A stretch of DNA of 64,000 nucleotides from positions 9,651-73,650 of the forward strand of contig CAZPWC010000001.1 in assembly GCA_964590155.1 (NCBI GenBank), given 5' to 3'. Positions 18,363-27,395 of this stretch are shown piece after piece (position 1 is the first letter of the stretch; every line of letters begins with the position of its first letter). A model generated the notes under the pieces. That model was given only the letters and a program-made list of their open reading frames with translations. It was not told the DNA's origin and made no database searches. This stretch comes from an uncultured archaeon (lineage in GTDB: Archaea > Iainarchaeota > Iainarchaeia > Iainarchaeales > JAAZKV01). Position numbers and translations under genes: made by a program.

Positions 18363-21335
18363 ATGCCTACAGATTATTTAGCTGAACTAATGAAAGATGC
18401 CAAATTAAAAGATACTGGCAAAATAGAGGAAAAAGAAGTCCCTACAAAACCAGAAGATAAAGAAGAACAATTAGCGCACGAAGCTGGAAAAAAACAAATG
18501 GAAAGTTTTAATGAAACATTTGAAATCGAGCCATCTGATCAAAAAGCCGAAACAGAAAAAGAATTAGAACAAGGGAAAAAAATCCAACTAAAAAGTTATG
18601 GAAATGTAAAAATATTTCAAATCCCAGGAAAGCCACTTAACTATTACTATGTCCCAACAATAAGACCATCAGCTGTTGAAAGAAAAATAATCAATACAAT
18701 AAAAGAAGCGACAACAAGATTAGTTAGCATTGCTTCTTACAAAATAAGAAACCCTGAAGAAAGAAGAATAATATACAAACAAAAAATAATTGAAATAATA
18801 CAAAACAATCCCTCGCTTAACATCCCTGAAAGCAGAGTTAATTATTACGCTGATGCCGTTGTAAGAGAAATGGTTGGATATGGATTAATTGACGAACTAA
18901 TCAAAGATGATAATTTAGAAGAAATAATGATTATCGGTCCGCAAAAACCTGTGTATGTATTTCATAGAGAATTCGAAATGATGACAACAAATGTTGAATT
19001 TTTTTCAGAACAAGAAATAGAAGATTTAATTAACAGAATAGCAAGAGAGGTTGGAAGAAGAGTTGATGTATCATCCCCCTTACTTGACGCAAGATTAATT
19101 GACGGATCACGTGTAAATGCAACTATCCCCCCAGCAAGCATAAGTGGAGGAACACTAACAATAAGAAAATTCAGACAAGACCCTTACTCAATAATTGATT
19201 TAGTGAAAATGGGAACATTAAGCAGTGAAGCGGCAGCGTTCTTGTGGGTTTGCGCTGACGGACTTGGCACAAAACCAGCAAACATACTAATCTCAGGAGG
19301 AACAGGTTCAGGAAAAACTACCCTCCTAAATGTACTTGCTTCATTTATTCCTGACCGAGAAAGAGTAATAACAATAGAAGACACAGCAGAACTAAATCTC
19401 CCAATAAAACACTGGATAAGAATGGAAGCACGACCGCCAGGAATAGAAGGAACTGGAGAACTAAAAATTGACATTCTTACAAAAAATTCACTAAGAATGA
19501 GACCTGATAGAATAATTGTAGGAGAAATAAGACACGAAGAAGCATTTACATTATTTACTGCAATAAATACAGGGCATGATGGAGCAACAACAGAGGATAC
19601 TTTAATTCAAATGGACGACGGCAACATAATCGAAATTGGAAAACTCGCCGAAAAATATATGACCACCCCAACAAAAGAAAAAGAATACGAATTCAGTGAA
19701 ATAAATGAGCCCCTGCTTGTGCCAAGTTTTAATAAAAAAACACTCCAAATAGAACCAAAACAAATAACAAAGATATGGAGAAAAAAAGTAACAGAAATGT
19801 TGTTAAAAATTAAACTAAAATCCGGAAAAGAAATTACAATAACACAAGACCACCCTTTTTATGTCGCACATAACGGAATACAAGAAATAAACGCTGAACG
19901 ATTACAAAAAGGGGATTTTATTTGCACGCCTGAAAAAATCCCATTATTTGCAGAAAGAAAACTAATAGAACCACACCTTGTAGGTCTAATATATGGAGAC
20001 GGACATGTTGGCCAAGAAGTAATAGAATTTGTAAACGCCGAAAAACAACTCGTAAATTCATTCATTGAATCAGCAAAAAATGTCACTCAAAACAAAATAA
20101 CCCAGAAAAGTTATGACAGATATAACCGTGCATTATTTTACGATAAGAAATTTATACGCGCCATGACAAAAGAGTATAATATTCCTCAAGGAAACAAAAC
20201 AAAATCTTTTAAGTTGGGTGAAGAAATACTTTGTGCAGAACAAAGTGAACTAGCACAATTAGTTAAAGGATTATTTGATAGCGAATCCCACGTAAATTTA
20301 CATTCAAACTCAATACAATTTGTTACTTCTAATAAAGATTTAGCAAACAAATTGCCACTCATTTTACAACGCTATGGAATAAAATCAAGCAAATATATAC
20401 AACAAAAAGACGGAAAGGGAAATACAGGACCCTACTACAAAATATCTATTTACGGTTTGGAAAACCTCAAACAATACAAAACATATATTGGATATGAGCA
20501 CACTAAAAAACGAGAAACTCTTGACACCTTATTAAAAAAAGCAAAACTGAGTGTAAATGTTATCCCCGGCTTATCAAAAGTATTAATTAATGCGAGAGCC
20601 GAAAACAATTTAACCCAAAAGGAACTAAGCGCACTTTTAGGAAACTCAACACCAAGCGTCATAAGCGCATACGAAACGAATCAAAGAAATCCAACAAAAG
20701 AACAAATAAAAAAAATAGGCCAAACAATTAATGGAGAAACCGCAAAACAATTAAGCAGACTCGCTGAATCAAAAATATTATTTGAAGAAATAACAGAAAT
20801 TAAAGAAATTAAACACGAAGGATATGTTTACGATTTAACGGTTAAAGATAATCATACATACATCGCAAACGGAACAATAATATCTAATTGCATGGGAACA
20901 GTACACGCAAATAGTCCGCAAGAAACAATAATTAGAGTAACAAACCCGCCGATGAATGTTCCACAAATTATGTTAAGCGGACTTGATTTTATAATTGTTG
21001 AACACAGATATTACGACAGAAAAAAAGGAACAATTAGAAGAGTGAGTGAAATTGCGGAAGTATATGGTGCTTTAGAAGGAAAACCAAGAGTACAAACAGT
21101 ATTTGCAAGAGACCCAGTAAAAGACAAACTAGAAAAAACAATACTTGACAGCTCTTACTTAAAAACCTTACAAGATTTTACTGGATTATCAAGAGAACAA
21201 ATAGAAGCAGAAATACAAATAAGAAAACAATTCTTAGAAAAACTAATTGAGAAAAATATAAGAGGATTAACGCAAGTATCTGAAGAAACAAAAGAATTCC
21301 TTGGCAAACGAAAAATATTCGGTGAACAACAATGA
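18363..21335 (+). CDS. type IV pilus/secretion ATPase (CpaF/VirB11, KlbA-like), intein-containing
   Basis: LDARLIDGSRVNA, GGTGSGKTT, TIEDTAEL, LRMRPDRIIVGEIR, NTGHDG [intein] CMGTVHAN. Confidence 0.95.
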   Translation: MPTDYLAELMKDAKLKDTGKIEEKEVPTKPEDKEEQLAHEAGKKQMESFNETFEIEPSDQKAETEKELEQGKKIQLKSYGNVKIFQIPGKPLNYYYVPTIRPSAVERKIINTIKEATTRLVSIASYKIRNPEERRIIYKQKIIEIIQNNPSLNIPESRVNYYADAVVREMVGYGLIDELIKDDNLEEIMIIGPQKPVYVFHREFEMMTTNVEFFSEQEIEDLINRIAREVGRRVDVSSPLLDARLIDGSRVNATIPPASISGGTLTIRKFRQDPYSIIDLVKMGTLSSEAAAFLWVCADGLGTKPANILISGGTGSGKTTLLNVLASFIPDRERVITIEDTAELNLPIKHWIRMEARPPGIEGTGELKIDILTKNSLRMRPDRIIVGEIRHEEAFTLFTAINTGHDGATTEDTLIQMDDGNIIEIGKLAEKYMTTPTKEKEYEFSEINEPLLVPSFNKKTLQIEPKQITKIWRKKVTEMLLKIKLKSGKEITITQDHPFYVAHNGIQEINAERLQKGDFICTPEKIPLFAERKLIEPHLVGLIYGDGHVGQEVIEFVNAEKQLVNSFIESAKNVTQNKITQKSYDRYNRALFYDKKFIRAMTKEYNIPQGNKTKSFKLGEEILCAEQSELAQLVKGLFDSESHVNLHSNSIQFVTSNKDLANKLPLILQRYGIKSSKYIQQKDGKGNTGPYYKISIYGLENLKQYKTYIGYEHTKKRETLDTLLKKAKLSVNVIPGLSKVLINARAENNLTQKELSALLGNSTPSVISAYETNQRNPTKEQIKKIGQTINGETAKQLSRLAESKILFEEITEIKEIKHEGYVYDLTVKDNHTYIANGTIISNCMGTVHANSPQETIIRVTNPPMNVPQIMLSGLDFIIVEHRYYDRKKGTIRRVSEIAEVYGALEGKPRVQTVFARDPVKDKLEKTILDSSYLKTLQDFTGLSREQIEAEIQIRKQFLEKLIEKNIRGLTQVSEETKEFLGKRKIFGEQQ
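19584..20888 (+). mobile_element. Ala-start (KlbA-type) intein, 435 aa, with LAGLIDADG endonuclease and XRE-like HTH
   Basis: Splits GHDG/CMGT; starts ATTEDT; block B ITQDHPF; LVGLIYGDG and LVKGLFDSES; block F/G VYDLTV...NHTYIANGTIISN/C. Confidence 0.93.
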
Positions 21336-22429
21336 ATGATACTTTTTCATTTGACGAACAAGAAGTAAACAAAATCGTTGACACAATGAAAAAAAAATAT
21401 AAAGAAGAAGGACTTGTAATTGATGAAGTAAATACTAGCTTAAAAGAACTAAGAGGACTTATTGCGGAAGACACTTACTCTAAAATAGATATTGATAATG
21501 CTTCAGATGTTCAAGAAATAAGATCATCGCTAGCAAAAGTATTTGCAAATCTTTATTTAAAAATAAAAGGAATAATTAAACCCGCGCAAAAGTTTTTCAA
21601 AAACTTTACTGTCAGCCAAGAACTTGGATATTACTTATATTCAGCAAATATGAGTTACTCAGCAAACCAATACACAGCAATAGCTGTTACTGCCGGACTT
21701 GTTGTAGGATTATTTACAGCAATAATTGGATTACTAATTGGAATAACAACAAAAAATATTATTTTTATCACAACCCTCCCAATTGTAATTGGACTTATTG
21801 GATGGCTAGTTGGAACAATAATACTACTAATGATTCCAAAACAAAAAGCGGTTGCACGCGGAAATGCTTGCTCTGTTGAATTGCCATTTGCTTTAAGACA
21901 CATGTCAACCGAACTAAGATCGGGAATTGGATTATACAAAACACTACAAGCAGTGGCTTCGTCTAATTATGGAGTACTAAGCGAAGAATTTGCAAGAACA
22001 ATAACAGAAATAGAAGAAGGGGTTGATACAGGGGCTGCGCTAAAACACATGGCGCTAAGAACACAAAGCAAACCACTCAAAACAGTTGTAAACCACATGC
22101 TTAGAGCGATGAGGATAGGAGGAAATCTTTCCGAATCAATGAGCAACATAGCCAAAGATGTTTCTGATGATTTGAAAAACAAAATACTCGCTTTTTCACA
22201 AAACATGAACTTTTTTGCAGTAATATTTATCTTTATAGGAATAATTATTCCAGTAGCAATAATAATTTTAGGAGCAATAAGAAATTCTTCAATTGCAAAA
22301 GTAGGACAGGACTTGTTCAAATCAGTTCCATTAACTTTAGATGTCTTAATAGTAATTTATTTTGTTATAATGCCTATATTATTTATAATAATGAATATAT
22401 TTGTTTACAATGCGCAACCAAAAATGTGA
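21332..22429 (+). CDS. type II secretion F family (TadB/TadC/ArlJ-like) membrane platform protein
   Basis: ELPFALRHMSTELRSG, YGVLSEEF, TM segments; follows the ATPase. Confidence 0.9.
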   Translation: MNDTFSFDEQEVNKIVDTMKKKYKEEGLVIDEVNTSLKELRGLIAEDTYSKIDIDNASDVQEIRSSLAKVFANLYLKIKGIIKPAQKFFKNFTVSQELGYYLYSANMSYSANQYTAIAVTAGLVVGLFTAIIGLLIGITTKNIIFITTLPIVIGLIGWLVGTIILLMIPKQKAVARGNACSVELPFALRHMSTELRSGIGLYKTLQAVASSNYGVLSEEFARTITEIEEGVDTGAALKHMALRTQSKPLKTVVNHMLRAMRIGGNLSESMSNIAKDVSDDLKNKILAFSQNMNFFAVIFIFIGIIIPVAIIILGAIRNSSIAKVGQDLFKSVPLTLDVLIVIYFVIMPILFIIMNIFVYNAQPKM

Positions 22430-23356
22430 GTGAAAAAAATGGGTTTGAATGAAATAGCAGAAAGATATGAGTACTGGGTTGAATTCAGCAAACTCAAATA
22501 CAAAGCAGAACCATGGGTACTAATAGCAATAGGAAGCTCTGTTACAGTCGGAATACTTTCATTCATGCTAAGCGTTGTTATAATAAAAGAAATTACATTA
22601 CTCCCCTTAGCTTTCTTTTTAGCAACATTTGTTTTACTAATGGGCTACCCTTACATGAAAAAAGAGTCAATAATTGATTCAATAGAAGACAATTTTAGTG
22701 ACGCGTTAAAACAAATGGCTGATACATTAAAAGCAGGAGATACTTACGAAAGCGCATTAAGAGAAGTAGCTAATTCTGAATATGGAAGATTATCTGAAGA
22801 AGTTAGCATTGCTTTAAGGAGACTTGAAGAAGGAGCCAACATGGAGACCTCACTAACGGGTCTTGCTGAAAGAATTGACTCAAGACTAGTTAAAAGAACA
22901 ATAACAATAATAGTTGATTCGGTAAAAACAGGAGCAAGCTTGGCCGATGTGCTTGACGAAATATCTGAAGATGTAAGAGAAATACACAAATTAAAAGAAG
23001 ACAGAAAAGCAAATACACAAATGCAATTCTTATTCATGGTCGCGGCAGGAGGATTTATTGCACCAATGATATTTGGAGAAATAACCGCAGTACTATCAAT
23101 ATTCAATGCAATAACAACGCAAGCAACACAAGCAGTTACAACAGCATCAATACAAAAAACTGATCAAGTAATAGCTGTGCTAATTCAAGGATACTTAATA
23201 ATAGAAGTTGTCGGAAGCGGAGTAATGATGGCAGTAACAAGAGAAGGAAAACCAAACAAAGCAATAATTTACATACCTTTATTATTATTAACAGCCTTTG
23301 TCGTATACTATACAACAGCATTTGTTATCAGAGGATTTTTGGCGGGAAGCATATGA
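22430..23356 (+). CDS. type II secretion F family (TadC-like) membrane protein
   Basis: FSDALKQMADTLKAG, YGRLSEE, TM segments. Confidence 0.9.
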   Translation: MKKMGLNEIAERYEYWVEFSKLKYKAEPWVLIAIGSSVTVGILSFMLSVVIIKEITLLPLAFFLATFVLLMGYPYMKKESIIDSIEDNFSDALKQMADTLKAGDTYESALREVANSEYGRLSEEVSIALRRLEEGANMETSLTGLAERIDSRLVKRTITIIVDSVKTGASLADVLDEISEDVREIHKLKEDRKANTQMQFLFMVAAGGFIAPMIFGEITAVLSIFNAITTQATQAVTTASIQKTDQVIAVLIQGYLIIEVVGSGVMMAVTREGKPNKAIIYIPLLLLTAFVVYYTTAFVIRGFLAGSI

Positions 23357-23502
23357 TGGAAGAAAAAGCACAAGTACATTTAGAGTACTTACTAATAGCT
23401 ATTGGAGCAGTTGTTGTAGTAACAGTAGTAGCTTTGTACATTAAAGAAACTGCAAACAGCGCAGCACAAGCAACAATTGATCAAGCAAACCAAAACCCTT
23501 AA
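23353..23502 (+). CDS. small pilin-like protein, class III signal peptide (49 aa)
   Basis: Own translation: MMEEKAQVHLEYLLIAIGAVVVVTVVALYIKETANSAAQATIDQANQNP; start overlaps the upstream stop. Confidence 0.8.
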   Translation: MMEEKAQVHLEYLLIAIGAVVVVTVVALYIKETANSAAQATIDQANQNP

Positions 23503-23556
23503 TAATTACTAAAATTAATTAAAGATAAAGAAAACCACTAAAAAGGAGGTTTGATT

Positions 23557-23856
23557 ATGGAACAAAAAGCTCAGGCACCAAAGGCGCAGGGAGCAATAGA
23601 ATACCTACTAATAATAGGAGCAGCAATACTAGTAGTAGCAGTAGTAGTAATAGCACTAAGCGGAATAATTGGCGCTGGAAGTGATACTACCGACACAGAA
23701 GCAATAAATAGCACTTATAATGCACTGCAATGTCAAAAAGACTGCGGATATTTAGATGACGAAAGCGAAACATGCTGTGATTCATATAAAGACTATTGCA
23801 CATTACAAGGTCCGGACAGTGCAAAAACCTGCCAAAAAATAATTCCCGCGGAATAA
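23557..23856 (+). CDS. pilin, class III signal peptide
   Basis: KA/QGAIEYLLIIGAAILVV; GGAGGT SD; Cys-rich C-terminus. Confidence 0.88.
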   Translation: MEQKAQAPKAQGAIEYLLIIGAAILVVAVVVIALSGIIGAGSDTTDTEAINSTYNALQCQKDCGYLDDESETCCDSYKDYCTLQGPDSAKTCQKIIPAE

Positions 23857-23875
23857 ATAAAATTTAAACAAAGAA

Positions 23876-23915
23876 GGAAAGGAGAAGTAAAATCCTTTCC
23901 AACTTTCTTTTTTTA
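23876..23915 (+). terminator. hairpin plus T tract after first pilin
   Basis: GGAAAGGA-gaagtaaaa-TCCTTTCC followed by aactttctttttt. Confidence 0.65.
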
Positions 23916-23961
23916 GACAAACCAAACTACAACAAATACAAAGTAAATCTAACAATAAGCC

Positions 23962-23974
23962 AACCTTTATATAT
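23962..23974 (+). promoter_or_regulatory. TATA-box-like promoter element for second pilin
   Basis: aacctttatatat about 45 nt upstream of the ATG, followed by GGAGGT SD. Confidence 0.45.
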
Positions 23975-24016
23975 CACTTATTTTATAGTTAAGTCAACGA
24001 AACCCCAACGGAGGTA

Positions 24017-24298
24017 ATGAAAATGGAAAAAAACGGACAAGGAGCAATAGAATACCTACTAATCATAGGAGCAGCAATACTAGTAGTAGCCGTAGTAGTA
24101 ATAGCACTAACTGGAGTACTAGATGCTGGTAATGATCAAACAAGCGATACTGATGTAGAAACATCACTTATGGCGCTAGAATGCCAAAAAGACAGCACAT
24201 ATTCACCAATGACATCACCTACTCAAACATGTTGTACAGAATTCCCTACGGAATATACAGCTACAAGCGGGACATGTTTACCAATAACAACCGCATAA
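24017..24298 (+). CDS. pilin, class III signal peptide (paralogue of 23557)
   Basis: KNG/QGAIEYLLIIGAAILVV; GGAGGT SD. Confidence 0.88.
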   Translation: MKMEKNGQGAIEYLLIIGAAILVVAVVVIALTGVLDAGNDQTSDTDVETSLMALECQKDSTYSPMTSPTQTCCTEFPTEYTATSGTCLPITTA

Positions 24299-24317
24299 AA
24301 TAATTTTAACTAAAATT

Positions 24318-24356
24318 GGAAAGGAAAACAAAATCCTTTCCACTTTTTCTTTTTAT
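24318..24356 (+). terminator. hairpin plus T tract after second pilin
   Basis: GGAAAGGA-aaacaaaa-TCCTTTCC followed by actttttcttttt; same stem as at 23876. Confidence 0.65.
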
Positions 24357-24380
24357 CTGAACTTTCTTAAGCGCCAAAAA

Positions 24381-24467
24381 ATTGCGAAGCAAAGCCAATC
24401 ACAGAGTGGTTGGCTCCCATACGCTCGCCTGCCCTTTAGGGGTGGGCCGGGCAAGCAATGCGATAGC
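24381..24467 (+). ncRNA. putative structured RNA or leader (three hairpins)
   Basis: GC-rich island with hairpins TTGC-GAA-GCAA, AGCCAATCAC/GTGGTTGGCT and GCTCGCCTGCCC/GGGTGGGCCGGGC; G-U pairs work on the + strand. Confidence 0.45.
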
Positions 24468-24496
24468 TTTAAATTTAGAAAAAAGTTTAGATAGTA

Positions 24497-24835
24497 GTGG
24501 TGGTTGTTATACAAAGAGGACAGGGAGCAATAGAATACTTACTTCTTTTAGCGGCAGCAATTGTTGTTGTAGCAATAGTTGTTTCATTTTTGGGTTCAAC
24601 AATAGGGCCTGTCCAAGATACGGGCGACAATGAAACATACTCATACTTATGCGAACCAAAACCACAAGGACTTGAATCAGGCACTGCACAATGCGCATGC
24701 TATAATGGAAATTCGAACAATTACTTTGATACCACCGCAGAAGCAAAAGAGTATTGTTGCGAAGGGCAAAATAGCGCTTATTTGAAAATGAAATGGAACC
24801 AATCACGAACAGTTGATGCTGAAAAGTGTTCATAA
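24497..24835 (+). CDS. pilin, class III signal peptide
   Basis: QRG/QGAIEYLLLLAAAIVVV; Cys-rich; start codon uncertain. Confidence 0.82.
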   Translation: MVVVIQRGQGAIEYLLLLAAAIVVVAIVVSFLGSTIGPVQDTGDNETYSYLCEPKPQGLESGTAQCACYNGNSNNYFDTTAEAKEYCCEGQNSAYLKMKWNQSRTVDAEKCS

Positions 24836-24850
24836 TAGAAGGAATTTTTT

Positions 24851-25021
24851 ATGGAAGAACGAGCACAAGTAAGTTTTGAATATTTGCTAACAGCGGTTTT
24901 TGCAATAGGATTAGCTATAAGCGCCGCAATATTAATTGAAACACTAAGACAACTTGCTTTGGAAGCCCAAGCAGAACTATTAACAGTAAGAACAAGAGTA
25001 ATAGAAGGATTAATGCAATAA
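24851..25021 (+). CDS. small pilin-like protein (56 aa)
   Basis: Own translation: MEERAQVSFEYLLTAVFAIGLAISAAILIETLRQLALEAQAELLTVRTRVIEGLMQ. Confidence 0.8.
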   Translation: MEERAQVSFEYLLTAVFAIGLAISAAILIETLRQLALEAQAELLTVRTRVIEGLMQ

Positions 25022-25120
25022 CACAAATTATTGAAAGGACAACAAAAAACAAATTAATTAAAAGAAAAAACACAAAAAGCAACTTTTTTAATAAGGAAAA
25101 ACAACAATTAGCTGATACTA

Positions 25121-26209
25121 ATGATATATTATTTGCCAATAATAGTTTCCGTAATCGGACTAAGCATAGCAACATACACTGATCTGAAAGAAAGGATAGT
25201 TACAAACAAACTTAATTTTGGGTTAGCTGGAATTGGACTAATTCTTTACGGGATAATTGCAGTAATGGAAAACAGCCCGATAATATTTCTAATGTCAATT
25301 TTGGGTTTAATGTACGGATTTGTTTTCGGGTGGATCTTATGGAAACTCGGAATATTTGCTGGAGGGGATGTAAAATTATTCATGGCTTTAGGCGCGCTAA
25401 ATCCGCTAACACCCGCACTAGTACAAACAGGGATACTAACAACATCAAACACCCCCCTATTTCCAATAACTTTGTTTATTTATTCATTGGTTTCTTTCCT
25501 CCCTTACGGATTTTTAGTAGTGCTGCAAAAACTAAGCAAAAATAAAGAATTCAGAAAAAAATTGTGGATAGAAACAAAAAAAAGAATAGCTGACGGAATA
25601 AACCTATCTGTTTTTTCAGGGGCGCTGTACACAATATTTACTACGACTCAAATCCCCACTCTAATAGTTCTGCCACTAATAATTATTTGGGGATTAAGAA
25701 AAGAAAGAAATGCTTTGACAGTCGGAGCAACTCTTGCAGCAATAATAATTTCTCCGCAAGAATTTGTAAAAAATATTTTTGCAACACTAATAATAGTTGT
25801 AATTATTTACGGAATAATAAAATTAATGCTGTCACTAAGACCGCTACTTGTAAGCGAGGTAAATGTAAGCAAATTAGAAGAAGGGATGATTCCTGCAAAA
25901 ACACTTGTATGGAAAGGAAAAAAAGTTGTTGAAATTGAACCGCTTTCCATCGCAAGCGCATTTATGGCGCTAAAAAAAAGAAAAACAACAGAACTATTAA
26001 AACCAAGAAAAGAGATAATTTCTGCAATGAAAGCACGAGGATTGATTAATGAAGAAATCAAAGAACTAAAAACACTCGCAAAAAAAGGATTAATAAGCAA
26101 AAAGATGCAAATAAAAGAATCAATGCCCTTTGTGCCAACAATGTTAATAGGATACATCATTTGTTTAATTGCAGGCGACGCAATATGGATAGTTATTTTT
26201 GGATTGTGA
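25121..26209 (+). CDS. prepilin peptidase, A24 family (EppA/PibD-like)
   Basis: YTDLKERIV, AGGDVKL, EEGMIPA, C-terminal MPFVP. Confidence 0.92.
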   Translation: MIYYLPIIVSVIGLSIATYTDLKERIVTNKLNFGLAGIGLILYGIIAVMENSPIIFLMSILGLMYGFVFGWILWKLGIFAGGDVKLFMALGALNPLTPALVQTGILTTSNTPLFPITLFIYSLVSFLPYGFLVVLQKLSKNKEFRKKLWIETKKRIADGINLSVFSGALYTIFTTTQIPTLIVLPLIIIWGLRKERNALTVGATLAAIIISPQEFVKNIFATLIIVVIIYGIIKLMLSLRPLLVSEVNVSKLEEGMIPAKTLVWKGKKVVEIEPLSIASAFMALKKRKTTELLKPRKEIISAMKARGLINEEIKELKTLAKKGLISKKMQIKESMPFVPTMLIGYIICLIAGDAIWIVIFGL

Positions 26210-26218
26210 AGTGATACA

Positions 26219-26662
26219 ATGAAAAGAGGACAAACTTCAATAGAGTTCATATTTTTGATACTAATAATAGTTATTTACTTAGTGACAATAGTTCGACCAG
26301 CATTTGATAGCGCGCAAAGCTCTTTTGAGGACATAGATAAAGTAACAAAAGCAAGCAACGAAACACAAAAAATAGTAAACTCAATAAACAGAATAAGCTC
26401 ACTAAGTGATGGGTCAAAAGAAACACTATTCATTACTTTGCCGGAAGGAGTGGAGATAAATTGTTATAACGAAGGAAAACTTGATTTTATGGTAGAAATA
26501 AATACTAATGGCATAAACCCCAACATAGAAAGCTGCGCAAAAGATGTGTGCCAAAAAGAATATCAAACGTCGCCACTCAACTGTGAAATTACACAAATAC
26601 TTGGCGCAGAAAAAATAATTGTAGAAAAAGATGGAACAACAATAACAATAAAAGTCGGGTGA
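26219..26662 (+). CDS. minor pilin-like protein
   Basis: KRG/QTSIEF plus hydrophobic helix. Confidence 0.85.
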   Translation: MKRGQTSIEFIFLILIIVIYLVTIVRPAFDSAQSSFEDIDKVTKASNETQKIVNSINRISSLSDGSKETLFITLPEGVEINCYNEGKLDFMVEINTNGINPNIESCAKDVCQKEYQTSPLNCEITQILGAEKIIVEKDGTTITIKVG

Positions 26663-26666
26663 TTAT

Positions 26667-27002
26667 TTGAGAGGACAAGTAGCATTTGAAACACTATTTG
26701 TGTTTGTAATAATACTAACCACAACAATCTTTCTAACAAGTCTTTTTTTGCAAACTAACGAAGCAACAATATCAGAAAGCTTAGCTAGAAATGCGGTAAC
26801 TGAACAAGCCGCTTTGCAGGGAAAAAAAATTGTTATAGAAAGTGTTTCTTTTGAAAAAACAACAAATATAATAATAACAATAAATGTAATGTGCGAAGAA
26901 ATCCAAGAAACGATATTTGACACCCAAAAAATAGAAGATCTAATTGAAGAAAAAACAAGCGCGCAAAATGCGGGAATAGTAATAAATAAAAAGCAACTCT
27001 AG
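26667..27002 (+). CDS. minor pilin-like protein
   Basis: RG/QVAFET plus hydrophobic helix; TTG start. Confidence 0.8.
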   Translation: MRGQVAFETLFVFVIILTTTIFLTSLFLQTNEATISESLARNAVTEQAALQGKKIVIESVSFEKTTNIIITINVMCEEIQETIFDTQKIEDLIEEKTSAQNAGIVINKKQL

Positions 27003-27062
27003 GTTTCGACAAAAAGCGAAGAAAGAGACGTGTTTTTATTATCTCAATAAAAAAACACAAAT

Positions 27063-27395
27063 ATGGATGACAAAAAAATAACGCTTATTTGCGGAGCGAT
27101 AGTTCTTTTTGGAATAATTATTTCAGCAATGTTCTATGAACCTGAATTTCAAAACACTTCAATAAAAGAAATGCTAAACACAAAAGAATCAGCAAAAGGA
27201 ATTATTTTTGCCAGAGTTGATTATGTAATAAAAAATTATCCAACAACGCAAGCGATAATAAATGACGGAACGACAGCAACCATTTACTATCCAAAAGAAA
27301 CTAATCTGAAAAAGAATGATTTTGTATACGCTTATCTTGAAACAGAAGACAAAAACAAAAAAACTTTTTACGCCTACAAACTGGTGAAAGATTGA
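27063..27395 (+). CDS. membrane-anchored small protein, possible OB fold
   Basis: N-terminal TM then beta-rich domain (ARVDYV, INDGT, LKKNDFV). Confidence 0.55.
   Translation: MDDKKITLICGAIVLFGIIISAMFYEPEFQNTSIKEMLNTKESAKGIIFARVDYVIKNYPTTQAIINDGTTATIYYPKETNLKKNDFVYAYLETEDKNKKTFYAYKLVKD

Noticed and set aside
24382..24633. 83-aa ORF across the GC-rich island; similar ORFs over the tRNAs (58697-58978, 58761-58958, 62019-62273)
   Set aside because: They overlap a pilin or tRNA and stay open because GC-rich structured sequence lacks stop codons.
23557..24835. Diversity-generating retroelement acting on pilins
   Set aside because: No reverse transcriptase is present, and the shared block is the constant N-terminus rather than an adenine-variable template/target pair.
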